DNA of 59,226 nt. It comes from an uncultured Alphaproteobacteria bacterium (lineage in GTDB: Bacteria; Pseudomonadota; Alphaproteobacteria; SHNJ01). The position numbers were made by a program, and so were the translations under genes. The stretch spans positions 19,071-78,296 of the forward strand of contig CAYWJR010000002.1 in assembly GCA_964458615.1 (NCBI GenBank), given 5' to 3'. Shown here piece after piece: positions 28,092-38,583 of this stretch; position 1 is the stretch's first letter, and each line of letters opens with the position of its first letter. The notes beneath the pieces were generated by a model. That model had not been told where the DNA came from and ran no database searches. It worked only from the letters and a program-made list of their open reading frames with translations.

Positions 28092-28952
28092 ATGATCGAT
28101 CAAATTATCATACCCCGCACCCATGACATCGGCAATTTCGAGGTTCGGCGCGCATTGCCGTCGCGGCAAAAACGCATGGTGGGCCCGTTTATATTTTGGG
28201 ACGAAATGGGGCCAGGGGAATTTTTAACCGGCCAGGGCGTCGATGTGCGCCCCCACCCGCATATCGGGCTTTCGACCCTGACGTATTTATTCGATGGCGA
28301 ATTAATGCACCGCGACAGTTTGGGTGTCAATCAAACCATACGGCCAGGCGACGTGAATCTAATGACGGCGGGACGAGGTATCGTGCATTCCGAACGCACG
28401 GGACAAAACACCCGCAACAACCCGCACCGTCTGCATGGCATACAATCCTGGCTGGCGTTGCCGATTGCATACGAAGACGGCAATCCGGATTTTACCCATA
28501 TTGCCAAAGACGATTTTCCGATTATTCATGAACGCGAATTCGACATGCGTTTGATCGCCGGCAATTTATTCGGGCGAAAATCGCCGTTCCAATTCCCTCA
28601 CGATACATTATATGCGGATATGCGGTTACGCGCGGGATGCAAATTTTCCATTCCAACCGATGCCGAAGAATTGGCGGTATATCCGTTATCCGGAAAAATT
28701 AAAATCGGCGACAGTATTTATGACCCGATGCAATTGTTGGTATTGCATTCGAAATCGAATACAACAATTCACGCGCAAACCGATTGTCACCTGATGATAT
28801 TTGGCGGCGCGGTCATGGATGCGCCGCGTCATATTTGGTGGAATTTCGTATCCAGTTCCAAATCGCGATTGGAACAGGCGAAAGACGATTGGAAAAACGG
28901 CCGTTTCCCAATTGTGCCGGGAGAAACCGAATTTATCCCCCTGCCCGAATAA
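28092..28952 (+). CDS. Pirin family protein
   Basis: VGPFIFWDEMGP, DVRPHPHIGLSTLTYLF.G, HRDSLG, MTAGRGIVHSE, Q.W.ALP, WWNFVSS. Confidence 0.95.
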   Translation: MIDQIIIPRTHDIGNFEVRRALPSRQKRMVGPFIFWDEMGPGEFLTGQGVDVRPHPHIGLSTLTYLFDGELMHRDSLGVNQTIRPGDVNLMTAGRGIVHSERTGQNTRNNPHRLHGIQSWLALPIAYEDGNPDFTHIAKDDFPIIHEREFDMRLIAGNLFGRKSPFQFPHDTLYADMRLRAGCKFSIPTDAEELAVYPLSGKIKIGDSIYDPMQLLVLHSKSNTTIHAQTDCHLMIFGGAVMDAPRHIWWNFVSSSKSRLEQAKDDWKNGRFPIVPGETEFIPLPE

Positions 28953-28979
28953 CAACCACGATCACTAGGAATTAAAATT

Positions 28980-29375
28980 ATGTCCGATGAAACAACCGCC
29001 CAAATTTCTGAAAACGGCAACAGTGATTTTGCCGTCACCATTGCCGTGTCCGGCCACACCATTATTGGCGATGAACCCGAATCCAAAGGCGGCAAAGACA
29101 CAGGGCCTGCCCCGTATGATTTATTAACCGCTGCCTTGGGCGAATGCACCGCCATGACCATCCGTTGGTATGCGAAACAAAAAAATTGGCCGTTGGACAA
29201 GGTGGATGTAACTGTTACGCACCGCAAAGACAACAAAACCGATATATTCACCAAATCGATCACGATTCATGGCGATCGATTATCCGATGAACAACGGCAA
29301 AAATTGATGGAAATATCCGCGAAATGCCCGGTGCAACGCACATTAGAAGGTACGCCGGTTATTCAAACTGCATAG
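28980..29375 (+). CDS. OsmC/YhfA-like protein
   Basis: DEP..GG.DTGP.PYDLL.AALGECTAMT..WYA, KCPV.RTL. Confidence 0.9.
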   Translation: MSDETTAQISENGNSDFAVTIAVSGHTIIGDEPESKGGKDTGPAPYDLLTAALGECTAMTIRWYAKQKNWPLDKVDVTVTHRKDNKTDIFTKSITIHGDRLSDEQRQKLMEISAKCPVQRTLEGTPVIQTA

Positions 29376-29386
29376 AGCCGGAGAGT

Positions 29387-29713
29387 TTATCTGGTTTTCC
29401 AACCGCCGGCCGGGGATTCGTACAAAGAACCTGGCGCCAGACCATTGATAATTTGTTCCGCCGCGATGCGGCCAACAACATCGACTGGCTGGCCGTTTTG
29501 TTTGGAAATGCGTTCATATTCCTGGCGGCGTTTGGCGTTTACCGATTGAACCAGATCATTCGCATCCGGCGACGATTTTACAACGGCTGTGTAACCGTTT
29601 AATTTTTCGCCGATCATTCCGGATTTTCTGGCTTGTTGTAAATCCATGGCAACAGCAGGCATAGCGATCAGCGCCACAAACAATACCGCCATTAAAAACA
29701 ATTTTTGTTTCAT
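29387..29713 (-). CDS. ydbL: YdbL (DUF1318) family periplasmic protein
   Basis: Signal peptide MKQKLFLMAVLFVALIAMPAVA; L..A...G.IGE.LNGY, VN.KRR.EY..I...NG, G...GW. Confidence 0.88.
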   Translation of the reverse strand: MKQKLFLMAVLFVALIAMPAVAMDLQQARKSGMIGEKLNGYTAVVKSSPDANDLVQSVNAKRRQEYERISKQNGQPVDVVGRIAAEQIINGLAPGSLYESPAGGWKTR

Positions 29714-29723
29714 ATGATTCCTC

Positions 29724-29918
29724 TTAGAAGATGTCTTTGTTTTTAGCGATCGATTGTTTAACGTCTTTTTCGATTTCAACCTTAACATGGTGTTCGATAT
29801 TGACGTTCAAATTGATTTCAATAGGTTTGTCCGGCGCCTGAAGTTGTACTGTCGGCGTACAAGCGCCCAGCAATACAATCGGCAGGCACAAAATCAATTG
29901 GTGAATATTATGGCGCAT
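29724..29918 (-). CDS. ynbE: YnbE family lipoprotein
   Basis: LGACTP.VQ...PDKPIEINLNVNIEH.VKV.IEKD...I....DIF. Confidence 0.9.
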   Translation of the reverse strand: MRHNIHQLILCLPIVLLGACTPTVQLQAPDKPIEINLNVNIEHHVKVEIEKDVKQSIAKNKDIF

Positions 29919-31270
29919 GAATATCCTGTTGCAAAAAATGTTCGGGATTGGACAACGGCATGATGCTGGTCTTGATTAGATCTAGCACATCTCCGGTCAA
30001 ATTCAAGTTCAGCTTTACTGGCCTGCCATTGTAAACATCATTATTTTTCGCTTCGATCGTCAGCCGTAAAATCGCCTTATTTTGCGCGTCGTTATCGACG
30101 TCGATTGCCAGGTGGCTATATTCCAATTTCTGCAATATGGCGCGAACGATTTCAATTTGCGCATTATCGCCTGGAATCAATGATGGATCGACCGATATGG
30201 TTCCTGTTTCCCCTGCTTGCAGTCTGCCTTTGGCGATGCGAATCTGGCCGTTTTTTCCAAATATGATCGGCACAGATCCAGACACCGACCCAGTCGCTGC
30301 GATTTTCTGCCCCGCCGCAGCGCCCAGCAAATCGCCCAACGAAATATTTTGCAATTCCAAATTGGCCTTCATGTCGCGTTTTTCACCAATTGGGACGGAT
30401 ATATCTTTGGCGAATAATTTTCCGCCCGCAAATGGAAATTGGGCGTATGCAATAATCAATTCCGGCGTTTTTTTGGAATCTATGGGATATTTAATTCGAA
30501 ACCTGGATTCGTATAATTGATCTTTGCTGAATATCTTGCCCGTGACGGTTATATTGTCCGCTTGCGCGGCAATCGTTCCTGACGCACCAAGCGGCGGGAT
30601 GTTGTATGGCGCCTTGGTCAATGCGATTTCACGAATGTTCCAATTGCCATTCCATTGATTGTTTGCCGTATCCAACGCCGCATCCAATTTTGCATCCATT
30701 ACATTCGCGCCATAATTCTGCCAAACGAGAGCGATCAGATCAGCCGTGTAAACTAGATTCGGAACATCCGATATTTTTAAATCGGCGTTCAGCGGCATGT
30801 GGATATTCCATTCATCCGCCTTGACAGAAATATTGCTGTCCTTGATGCCGAATGCGCCGAATTTATTAAAATAATCCGCCGTTGTTGGTATCGCAAACTG
30901 ACTTGGCCGGGATTGATCCGGGATTTTCAACCCGGATATTTGCCACGCCCCGTCTTTCTGCATGATTTCCAACGACAATCCACGCATATTCAATTGTTCA
31001 ATGCGCCCGTGCCATAAATCCGTTATGGAATATTCTGCCCTAATGTTTTCAAGCGTGATCGCGGGGTCAGATCCAAATGACAATTCGCCAATTTCAATTT
31101 CGTGCCAATCGGCGGAAAGAACCGATAATGTTACATCGCCCCACCCTTGGTTTGAAATTATACGTTTCAATTGGGTTTCAATCACCGGCTTCCATGGAAA
31201 AAAATACCGCCCCAGCCGCAATTGCGACGGTTATTAATGCCAATATCGTGAATAATTTGCTATATTTCAT
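29908..31270 (-). CDS. ydbH: YdbH-like intermembrane bridge protein, interrupted by a 1-nt frameshift near the 5' end
   Basis: C-terminal DctA-YdbH motifs (F.GG, G.VSG..P, L..L.YS.L, I...N...Y.G.PV.LN.N); ydbH-ynbE-ydbL order. The N-terminal anchor MKYSKLFTILALITVAIAAGAVFF (ATG 31270) is in a different frame from PWKPVIETQL...; the join lies in a T7 run (A7 at 31198-31204). Confidence 0.8.
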
Positions 31271-31341
31271 GCGCGATCAAGGGTATGTGATTCACCACCC
31301 ATGTACCATAACTTTTCAATATCGAACAGACGAACGATGTC

Positions 31342-32157
31342 ATGCCGAACCACGAAGACACAATCACCAGCCTGCAAAACCCGTTAATCAAACAGGTGGC
31401 GGCATTAAAATTGAAAAAACACCGCGACGAGAGCGGTTTTTTCTTGGCAGAGGGATTGCGCGCCGCCATTTTGGCGGTTAATTCCGGCAACCATACCGCC
31501 GAATACTTGATTTTAGATCAATCGCAATCGGGCACCGATCCGCAAATTGCGCAGGTAAAAAAAACCGCCCAAACAAAAAAAATACGTACCGTCATTGTCA
31601 ATCACAATGTAATGAAAAAAATATGCGGCCGCGACAACCCGCCCGCCGCCGCCGCAATCGCGCGCCAGCATTTTACTGATGCTGGGAAAATGTTGCAAAA
31701 TATGCAAAAATGCGTTGTGGTGTTAGACAATATCCGCGATCCGGGAAATTTGGGAACCGTGATCCGAACTGGCGATGCACTGGCAATTGATGGAATCATT
31801 ATTCTGAATCCATCTTGCGACCCTTATTCCACTGAATGCGTGCGCGGCACGATGGATTCCATTTTTCATATTCCCATCGCCAAATGCACCGGGGACGAAT
31901 TCATCGATCTGTGCAAAATTCATAAACGGCGCATTATCGGCACCGCATTGCAAAACGCCGCCGATTTCCGCGATATTCCATATAAACAGCCATTTTGCCT
32001 GTTGATGGGCAGCGAGCAAAACGGGCTGCCCAAAAATTTAATCGCGGCGTGCGACCATCTGGCTAAATTGCCGATGACTGGCAAGGCGGAATCGCTAAAT
32101 CTGGCCGTGGCCGCCGGCATCATGATGTACGCCGCGTTAGAGCCGTGGAAAAAATAA
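31342..32157 (+). CDS. TrmH/SpoU family RNA 2'-O-methyltransferase
   Basis: ITSLQNP.IK, LDNIRDPGNLGT.IRT, MGSEQNGL, ESLNLAVAAGI.MY. Confidence 0.93.
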   Translation: MPNHEDTITSLQNPLIKQVAALKLKKHRDESGFFLAEGLRAAILAVNSGNHTAEYLILDQSQSGTDPQIAQVKKTAQTKKIRTVIVNHNVMKKICGRDNPPAAAAIARQHFTDAGKMLQNMQKCVVVLDNIRDPGNLGTVIRTGDALAIDGIIILNPSCDPYSTECVRGTMDSIFHIPIAKCTGDEFIDLCKIHKRRIIGTALQNAADFRDIPYKQPFCLLMGSEQNGLPKNLIAACDHLAKLPMTGKAESLNLAVAAGIMMYAALEPWKK

Positions 32158-32178
32158 CCATGGGCGTAAAATAATATC

Positions 32179-34038
32179 ATGAGTGCGGATTTAATCCTGA
32201 GCGTACAAAACGCATCCATCCGGTTCGGCAAAAACATCTTGTTCGAAGATTTGACGTTTCACATCAACCGGCGCGATAAAATATGTCTGGTCGGTAAAAA
32301 CGGCACCGGCAAGACCACGTTGATGAATATTATCACCAACAGCATCGAATTGGACGGCGGCGAACGTTGGATTTATCAAGGCACCAGCATCGGATACCTG
32401 CAACAGGAAATTTTGCCCAAGGCCGGCCAGACAGTAAAAGAATTTTTGTTCGAACAATTGCCCGCCGATCAACAAACGCCTGAAAATAGTTACAAGGTGG
32501 AAATGGTCGCCGATAAACTGCAATTGGAAATCGGCGCGAAAGTGGAAAAATTATCCGGCGGTCAAATACGCCGCGCCGCGCTGGCGCGCGCGTTGATCGA
32601 AGAACCGGACATATTGCTGCTGGACGAACCGACCAACCATTTGGATTTGGGCGCGATCGAATGGTTGGAACAATATCTTAAAAATTACCGTGGCGCGTTG
32701 ATATGCGTCAGTCACGATAAGAAATTTCTGGCCAATGTTTCGGATCGCGTATTCTGGCTGGATCGCGGCAAATTGAAATTCAGCCCGCGCGGATTCGAAC
32801 ATTTCGACGAATGGTCGGAAATGTTGTTGGAACAAGAAGAACGCGAATTGGCCAATCGGCAAAAGATATTGGATCAAGAAATCGCCAAGGCTAGCCGCGG
32901 GGTGCGCGCGCGGCGCAAACGGAATGTACGGCGTTTGGAATCCATCAAATTGGAACAAGAACGGTTGAAACGCGATAAAAACGCATTGAATCGCATGTTG
33001 GCGAAAATAGAATTCGAAGAAATGGAAATCGAAGGAACATCGAAAAATGTCGCGGAGTTTTTTAACGTGCATAAAAAATTCACCGACTCCGACGGTGAAA
33101 AAACCATATTGAACAAATTCAGCCTGCGCATTCAACGCGGCGACCGTATCGGAATTTTGGGAAAAAACGGATCCGGCAAAACCACTTTCTTGCAATTGCT
33201 GACCGGCGAAATTGCGCCCGACATGGGCAAAGTAAAATTGGCCAAAGACATCGAATTTTCTTACTTTGACCAAAAGCGCCGTGATTTAAATCACCAAGCC
33301 ACATTATGGGGCACGTTATGCCCCAATGGCGGCGACCACATCAATGTAATGGGAAAACCCCGGCATGTTTATGGATATTTAAAAGATTTCTTGTTCGACC
33401 CCGCGATGGCGTTGCAATTGGTCGGCACGTTGTCGGGCGGGCAAAAAAACCGCCTGATGCTGGCCAAAGTTTTGGCAAACCCGAAAAGTTTCCTGATTCT
33501 GGATGAGCCCACAAACGATTTAGACATGGACACGTTGGACATGTTGGAAGAAATATTGGCGAATTACCAAGGCACATTGGTGGTTGTCAGCCATGATCGC
33601 GATTTTTTGGATCAGACCGTTACCAAGATATTGGCGTTCGAAGGCAATGGGATCGTCGAAGGATATATCGGCGGATACACCGATTATTTGAACAAACGCG
33701 CCGAACAAAACATTAAAACCAAACCTGTGCCTGCGGACAAATCAAAATCCCCCGCCCCTGCGAAATCAATTGCGCCGCAACCGGCCGCTCGGCAAAAAAT
33801 GTCGTATAAATTGATTTATGAATTGCAGCAATTGCCGAAAATTATAGAAAAATTGGAACAAGACATCGTATCGTTGCAAAATCAAATCCAAAATTACGAT
33901 TCCGCAACCACAAGCCAGCAAGAATTCGCCGATTTAACCAAACGCCTTGGCGACGCGACCCAGCAATTGGAACAAGCCGAAGAACGTTGGGTTGAATTAG
34001 AAGATATGCGCGCGGCAAACGAAGCGGTTACCAATTAA
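32179..34038 (+). CDS. uup: ABC-F family ATPase, Uup-like
   Basis: Two NBDs (GKNGTGKT, GKNGSGKT, LSGGQ, LDEPTN.LD), KG..ARRKRN.RR linker, C-terminal K.SYK...EL..LP..IE.LE...RW.ELE. Confidence 0.85.
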   Translation: MSADLILSVQNASIRFGKNILFEDLTFHINRRDKICLVGKNGTGKTTLMNIITNSIELDGGERWIYQGTSIGYLQQEILPKAGQTVKEFLFEQLPADQQTPENSYKVEMVADKLQLEIGAKVEKLSGGQIRRAALARALIEEPDILLLDEPTNHLDLGAIEWLEQYLKNYRGALICVSHDKKFLANVSDRVFWLDRGKLKFSPRGFEHFDEWSEMLLEQEERELANRQKILDQEIAKASRGVRARRKRNVRRLESIKLEQERLKRDKNALNRMLAKIEFEEMEIEGTSKNVAEFFNVHKKFTDSDGEKTILNKFSLRIQRGDRIGILGKNGSGKTTFLQLLTGEIAPDMGKVKLAKDIEFSYFDQKRRDLNHQATLWGTLCPNGGDHINVMGKPRHVYGYLKDFLFDPAMALQLVGTLSGGQKNRLMLAKVLANPKSFLILDEPTNDLDMDTLDMLEEILANYQGTLVVVSHDRDFLDQTVTKILAFEGNGIVEGYIGGYTDYLNKRAEQNIKTKPVPADKSKSPAPAKSIAPQPAARQKMSYKLIYELQQLPKIIEKLEQDIVSLQNQIQNYDSATTSQQEFADLTKRLGDATQQLEQAEERWVELEDMRAANEAVTN

Positions 34039-34987
34039 GATCCGGTTTGATCGCAACGAACGCGGTGACTTGATTGCCTTGTTCGTTGTATCCCAAATTG
34101 TCGAAACTGATCAAATTGGCCAATGCGATGCCGCGGCCATGATGTTCGCCCGCGCGCGATAAACTTAGGCGCAAATGGCTGCGCCAATCGAATCCCGCGC
34201 CTTGATCTTTGATGCTGACATAACATCCTTTGGCGGTGCGCTGGAAAATCGCTTGTATGTTCTTCGTTTTGTTTTCAGGCAGATTCAACCTGGCTTGAAT
34301 TTCATATTGCCAGCGGTCTTCTTGCAACAATTGTTTTTTCCTTTCGTAACCGATTCCTAAATTCCCGTGTTCGATTGCATTGGTCATCAATTCCGTTATC
34401 CCGATCAAAACGCGCTGTGGATTTGGAAAAAAACTGGCGATTACGCATGCCACATCCTCGGCTTGTTCCAATGTAGACAATGAAAAACTGCATGTTTCGA
34501 TCATATCGAAACTGGCGCGCTGGCGGCGCCAGGCTTCGGAAATGTTATTTTGCCGCTGCGCATCTTGCAATACCGTATCGATGACCGTATGCAACAAACC
34601 TTGCGCTACCGGCTTGGTCAAATAGTATATAATGCCCGCGTCCATCGCCGATTGAACCTGATTCGCATCGATCATCGCGATAATCGGCGTATATCCGCCC
34701 ACACCGCCTTTGGATGTTTCCTTGATCCAGCGCAAGGCCGCATCGTCGGCATACGCCCAATTGATAATGATCGCGTCAAACCCACCTTTCATGCCTGAAA
34801 TTACTTCATCGGCTTCGGCAATATTCGCGGCCGTGGTCGCCGAAAAACCAATAGCGCGTACATAATCCGCCACCTGATTCATGGAACTGGCGTCTTGTTC
34901 GACAATCAAAACTTTTGCATGCTGCACCAGACGCAAAGAAGACATTTCATAATTTTGTTTGCGTATAGAATTGGTTTGATTAGACAT
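34028..34987 (-). CDS. Pseudo-receiver + anti-sigma-type HATPase_c protein
   Basis: REC fold (VLIVEQD...DAIIINW...YYLTKP) plus GITELMTNAIEHGNL..., DQGAGFDW, HGRGIA, YN..GN.V; AGGAGA RBS before ATG 34987. Confidence 0.8.
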   Translation of the reverse strand: MSNQTNSIRKQNYEMSSLRLVQHAKVLIVEQDASSMNQVADYVRAIGFSATTAANIAEADEVISGMKGGFDAIIINWAYADDAALRWIKETSKGGVGGYTPIIAMIDANQVQSAMDAGIIYYLTKPVAQGLLHTVIDTVLQDAQRQNNISEAWRRQRASFDMIETCSFSLSTLEQAEDVACVIASFFPNPQRVLIGITELMTNAIEHGNLGIGYERKKQLLQEDRWQYEIQARLNLPENKTKNIQAIFQRTAKGCYVSIKDQGAGFDWRSHLRLSLSRAGEHHGRGIALANLISFDNLGYNEQGNQVTAFVAIKPDLNW

Positions 34988-35008
34988 TGAATTCTCCTGT
35001 TTCATCGA

Positions 35009-36370
35009 TTACCGCTCGGTAAAAGCGTTTTTAATCGTCGCCTGGATCGGTTTTAACAAATAGCCGAGGATAGTTTTTTCACCGGTGATAATATCGGCCT
35101 CTACCGTCATGCCGGGCAGAATGACATTGTGTCCGGGCACGGATCCCATGTGATTTTTGCTTAATAATACGCGGCCACGGTAAAATTTCTGTCCCTGATC
35201 GTCGGTGAATGTTGTCGCGGAAACCAGATCCAATTTCCCATCCAACATGCCATACCGCGCATAATCGAACGAGCTGACCTTGATTTTCACCGGCTGATCT
35301 TTGATGACGTGGCCTATATCTTGCGGCTGAATCTTGACTTCCGCCACCAAATCGTTGTCCAACGGCACGATTTCAAGCAATGTTTGCCCCGGTTGCACGA
35401 CGCCACCGATTGTATTGATATGCAGGCCTTTTACCAACCCGTCGACCGGCGCGCGGACTTCCAATCTTGCGACTTTGTCTTGCAATTTTTTGATCAACTG
35501 TTCGTTTTGCGCCATTTGCGATTCGACTGCATCGATTTGTTGATATGCCTGGTCGCGGTATTTTGCATCAAGCGAAGATAAACGCTCTTGATACTCGCTG
35601 ATGCCTTTTTGCGCTTGCTGCAATTCGCTCTTTAAACTTTGCCATTCACCTTGCGACCGGTTCATATTGCGGTTTTGTTCCATCATTTGCGCCTTTGACA
35701 GCAACCCTTCGGCCAGCATTTTTTTATACATCTGATTTTCTTCGCGCATGATGTCGTTGTTCGCGCCGCTCGCCGCGGCTTGGCTGTGCAACATATTGTA
35801 ACTGTCGCGTTTTTGTTCCAATTGTTTTTGCAAAACTTCTTGCTCGCTCGCGCGCGCCTTGATCATACTAAGATATATATCTTGCTGTTTCGCCACCATG
35901 GCCGGGGTATCCGCGAACGGGGCGAAATTCGGATTGCGTCCTTCGACGAATGCGTGCAACCGTTCGTTTTGCAATTCGAACGCGCGTTGTTTCGCGATAG
36001 ATTCCGCTAAATCCTGTTCGGCGCCGTTGCCGTCAAGCCGCAATAAAACTTGGTTCTTTTTTACCAAATTTCGCTCGCTGACCAATATTTCCCTTACGAT
36101 GCCGCCTTCTAAATGCTGTACTAACTGACTGAAACCTTTTGGCACGATTTCGCCATATGTGCGCGCGACTTCCCCTACTTTGGCGAATGCCGCCCAAACC
36201 GTCAACATTAACAAACAAGCCGCAATAGTCGTCGCGGTCCAGCGGATAATCACCGGATTTTGCGCTTCTTCCAATAAAATGGATTGCGACAAGAATTTCA
36301 ATTGTTTCTGCCGATTGCGGTATTTGAAATATCCGGCCGGTTTTTCGGTTGGGAATGTTTGTGTGATCAT
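35009..36370 (-). CDS. HlyD-family type I secretion periplasmic adaptor
   Basis: Single TM, GEIVP.G..Q.VQHLEGGIV, long coiled coil, RAPVDG.VK.L...T.GGVV.PG, K.SSFDYARYG, PGMTV.ADI.TG.KT...YL.KP. Confidence 0.95.
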   Translation of the reverse strand: MITQTFPTEKPAGYFKYRNRQKQLKFLSQSILLEEAQNPVIIRWTATTIAACLLMLTVWAAFAKVGEVARTYGEIVPKGFSQLVQHLEGGIVREILVSERNLVKKNQVLLRLDGNGAEQDLAESIAKQRAFELQNERLHAFVEGRNPNFAPFADTPAMVAKQQDIYLSMIKARASEQEVLQKQLEQKRDSYNMLHSQAAASGANNDIMREENQMYKKMLAEGLLSKAQMMEQNRNMNRSQGEWQSLKSELQQAQKGISEYQERLSSLDAKYRDQAYQQIDAVESQMAQNEQLIKKLQDKVARLEVRAPVDGLVKGLHINTIGGVVQPGQTLLEIVPLDNDLVAEVKIQPQDIGHVIKDQPVKIKVSSFDYARYGMLDGKLDLVSATTFTDDQGQKFYRGRVLLSKNHMGSVPGHNVILPGMTVEADIITGEKTILGYLLKPIQATIKNAFTER

Positions 36371-38583
36371 AAATTGTCTCCACTATTTTGCAGTTGCTGT
36401 AAAATCGCCGATGGGTTTCCGAACAATGGTATTTTCCCCGCGCGCAAGCCCAAAACCGCATCCGATTGGCGGATAAAATCTTCGCGGTGCGTAACCATAA
36501 TTATGGTTTTTTGACCGCGATAGGCATGAATCATCTGATGGATTTTTTTTCCGCTGTGGCCGTTTAACAATGCAGTCGGCAATTCATCCATCAACAATAT
36601 CGGCGTATCTTGCAACAATGCGCGCGCCAGATTCAGTTTGTATGCGAAACTGCCGCCCATATGGCCGATCGACTGGCCGGAAATCGGCGTGTCGATCCCA
36701 AGCGGCATCGCCGACATTTCAACGCCTGCATCAACCAAATCCATCACCTGCAGCAAACGGGCGCGTTCGGCCAATGGCGCGACCAGCCGCAAATTATCGG
36801 CAATCGTTCCATTGAAAAATTCCGGATGCTGGCTGACATAGGCGATATGGCGATGCAACGCGCCAGGTTCAATTTGCCTTATATCGATTCCATCGATCCG
36901 GATCGTGCCCGCCTGTGGGCGATACATGCCGTTGGCCAATTTCAATACCGTGCTTTTGCCCGATCCGTTCGATCCCGCAACGGCCAATATTTGTCCGGGC
37001 GCGATTTTAAAAGACAGCCCCGCGAATACCGGATCGCTGCTTTTACTATACCTCAAACCGACATATGAAAATTCAATTTGCCCCTTGATCCTGTGCGCGA
37101 TTTTTCCTGTGGCATCTTCTTCTTTTTGCGCTGCCATAGTCATCAATCGGTTGACCTGGCCGATTACGTGACGCAATTGTTCTATGCGCGGCAAAGACGT
37201 GCACAAAGTCGATATTGGCGACAAAGCGCGCCAGGTTAAAATCATCGTTGCAATCAATGCCCCGGTTGTTATTTCACCCGCAACAACCTTGCCGACGCCC
37301 AAATACAACGTCGCCAATCCCGCCAACACGTAAAAACTATATGCGATAGTTTCCAGAACCGTATTGCGGTGTGCATAATCGAATGCGGCGTATGCCGTTC
37401 TTCCCGACAAATCGTGAAACCGGCCATGCCATTGGCCGCACAATCCAGTGTATCGCAAGGCTTCGGATTTATCGAATGCTTCCAATGTCGATTGTTGCAA
37501 TTGCGATCCTGTTTTCGCGGCGTGATAAGCGGAAATTTTCAACGAACCGTAGAAATAATATAAAATCGCCAGATAAAATCCGGCCATTACGATGCTGACC
37601 AACGCCAAATTGCCCGCAATCGCCCAAATCGCCAAAACCAGCAACGCGACATACGGCACATCCATTAACGATAAAAACACCGAACCGCCGAAAAAATCGC
37701 GGATGGTTTCAAAACTTTTAATCCGCGCCAATTGCGATGCAACCGACGCGCGTTCAATCAATTGCGACGGCAATTGCAGTAAATGTCGGAATATTTCGTT
37801 GCCGACCATGTTGTCGATACGGGACCCAAGCCAAGTGAATTGCAATGCGCGCATGTGGCGCAACAATGCCTCGCCGACAATCGCGGCCGCCAATCCGACC
37901 GCCATCATCGGCAATGTTGCTATGGATTGCGATCCTATCACTTTGTCGTAAACAATCATCATTAACAACGGCAACATCAATGTAATGACATTGATCAGAA
38001 AACTTGTGAAAACCACTTGTTTTATAATCGGTTTCAACCGGCGCAACACGATTCTAAACCAACTTTTTCCGCTGGCTTTTTGATCGGTTGCGATACGTTG
38101 CATAACGTCGGATTTAGATTTATGAAAAACATAAGCAGTGCCACGCAATTTGCGCCACGCGGCGAAATTCAAATCCAATGTTTGGGCGCCATCGAAAACT
38201 ATATTGCGCCCGTCTTTTTCCTGCCAAACCAAGAATATCGCCGCATCGTCATTCGGCACGAACAAGACCGGATACAAACGCGGATCCATAAAATCCATTC
38301 TGGTTTTAAATTGCCGGACTTCGTAACCCAAATTGGCCATGGTGTTTTGAATATCCAGAACCGTAAAATTATCCCGGTGGCGTGGCAAGGCATCGCATAT
38401 ATCGGCCAATTCATGGCGATGCGGCAAGACACCGATCAATTTTGTAAAAATTTCCGCCTGAATATTTACGGCATTGCCTAAAAAACCCGCTTGATGCAGT
38501 ACACGGCTGTCAAACTGGGATTTGGCGAAACCGGCCGATACGACCGTGTCCATAGGTTCTATGGCATTTTCTATTGCGCTCAC
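36367..38583 (-). CDS. Type I secretion ABC transporter (C39-like N-domain; intact Walker A/B)
   Basis: S..IN...L..PL.MM.VYDKV, TMD, GSNGSGKST, LLMDEL, VTHR; signature degenerate (MGGSF). Confidence 0.9.
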   Translation of the reverse strand: MSAIENAIEPMDTVVSAGFAKSQFDSRVLHQAGFLGNAVNIQAEIFTKLIGVLPHRHELADICDALPRHRDNFTVLDIQNTMANLGYEVRQFKTRMDFMDPRLYPVLFVPNDDAAIFLVWQEKDGRNIVFDGAQTLDLNFAAWRKLRGTAYVFHKSKSDVMQRIATDQKASGKSWFRIVLRRLKPIIKQVVFTSFLINVITLMLPLLMMIVYDKVIGSQSIATLPMMAVGLAAAIVGEALLRHMRALQFTWLGSRIDNMVGNEIFRHLLQLPSQLIERASVASQLARIKSFETIRDFFGGSVFLSLMDVPYVALLVLAIWAIAGNLALVSIVMAGFYLAILYYFYGSLKISAYHAAKTGSQLQQSTLEAFDKSEALRYTGLCGQWHGRFHDLSGRTAYAAFDYAHRNTVLETIAYSFYVLAGLATLYLGVGKVVAGEITTGALIATMILTWRALSPISTLCTSLPRIEQLRHVIGQVNRLMTMAAQKEEDATGKIAHRIKGQIEFSYVGLRYSKSSDPVFAGLSFKIAPGQILAVAGSNGSGKSTVLKLANGMYRPQAGTIRIDGIDIRQIEPGALHRHIAYVSQHPEFFNGTIADNLRLVAPLAERARLLQVMDLVDAGVEMSAMPLGIDTPISGQSIGHMGGSFAYKLNLARALLQDTPILLMDELPTALLNGHSGKKIHQMIHAYRGQKTIIMVTHREDFIRQSDAVLGLRAGKIPLFGNPSAILQQLQNSGDNL

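Noticed and set aside
32551-33273. 240-aa antisense ORF over the uup-like gene
   Set aside because: Shadow ORF.
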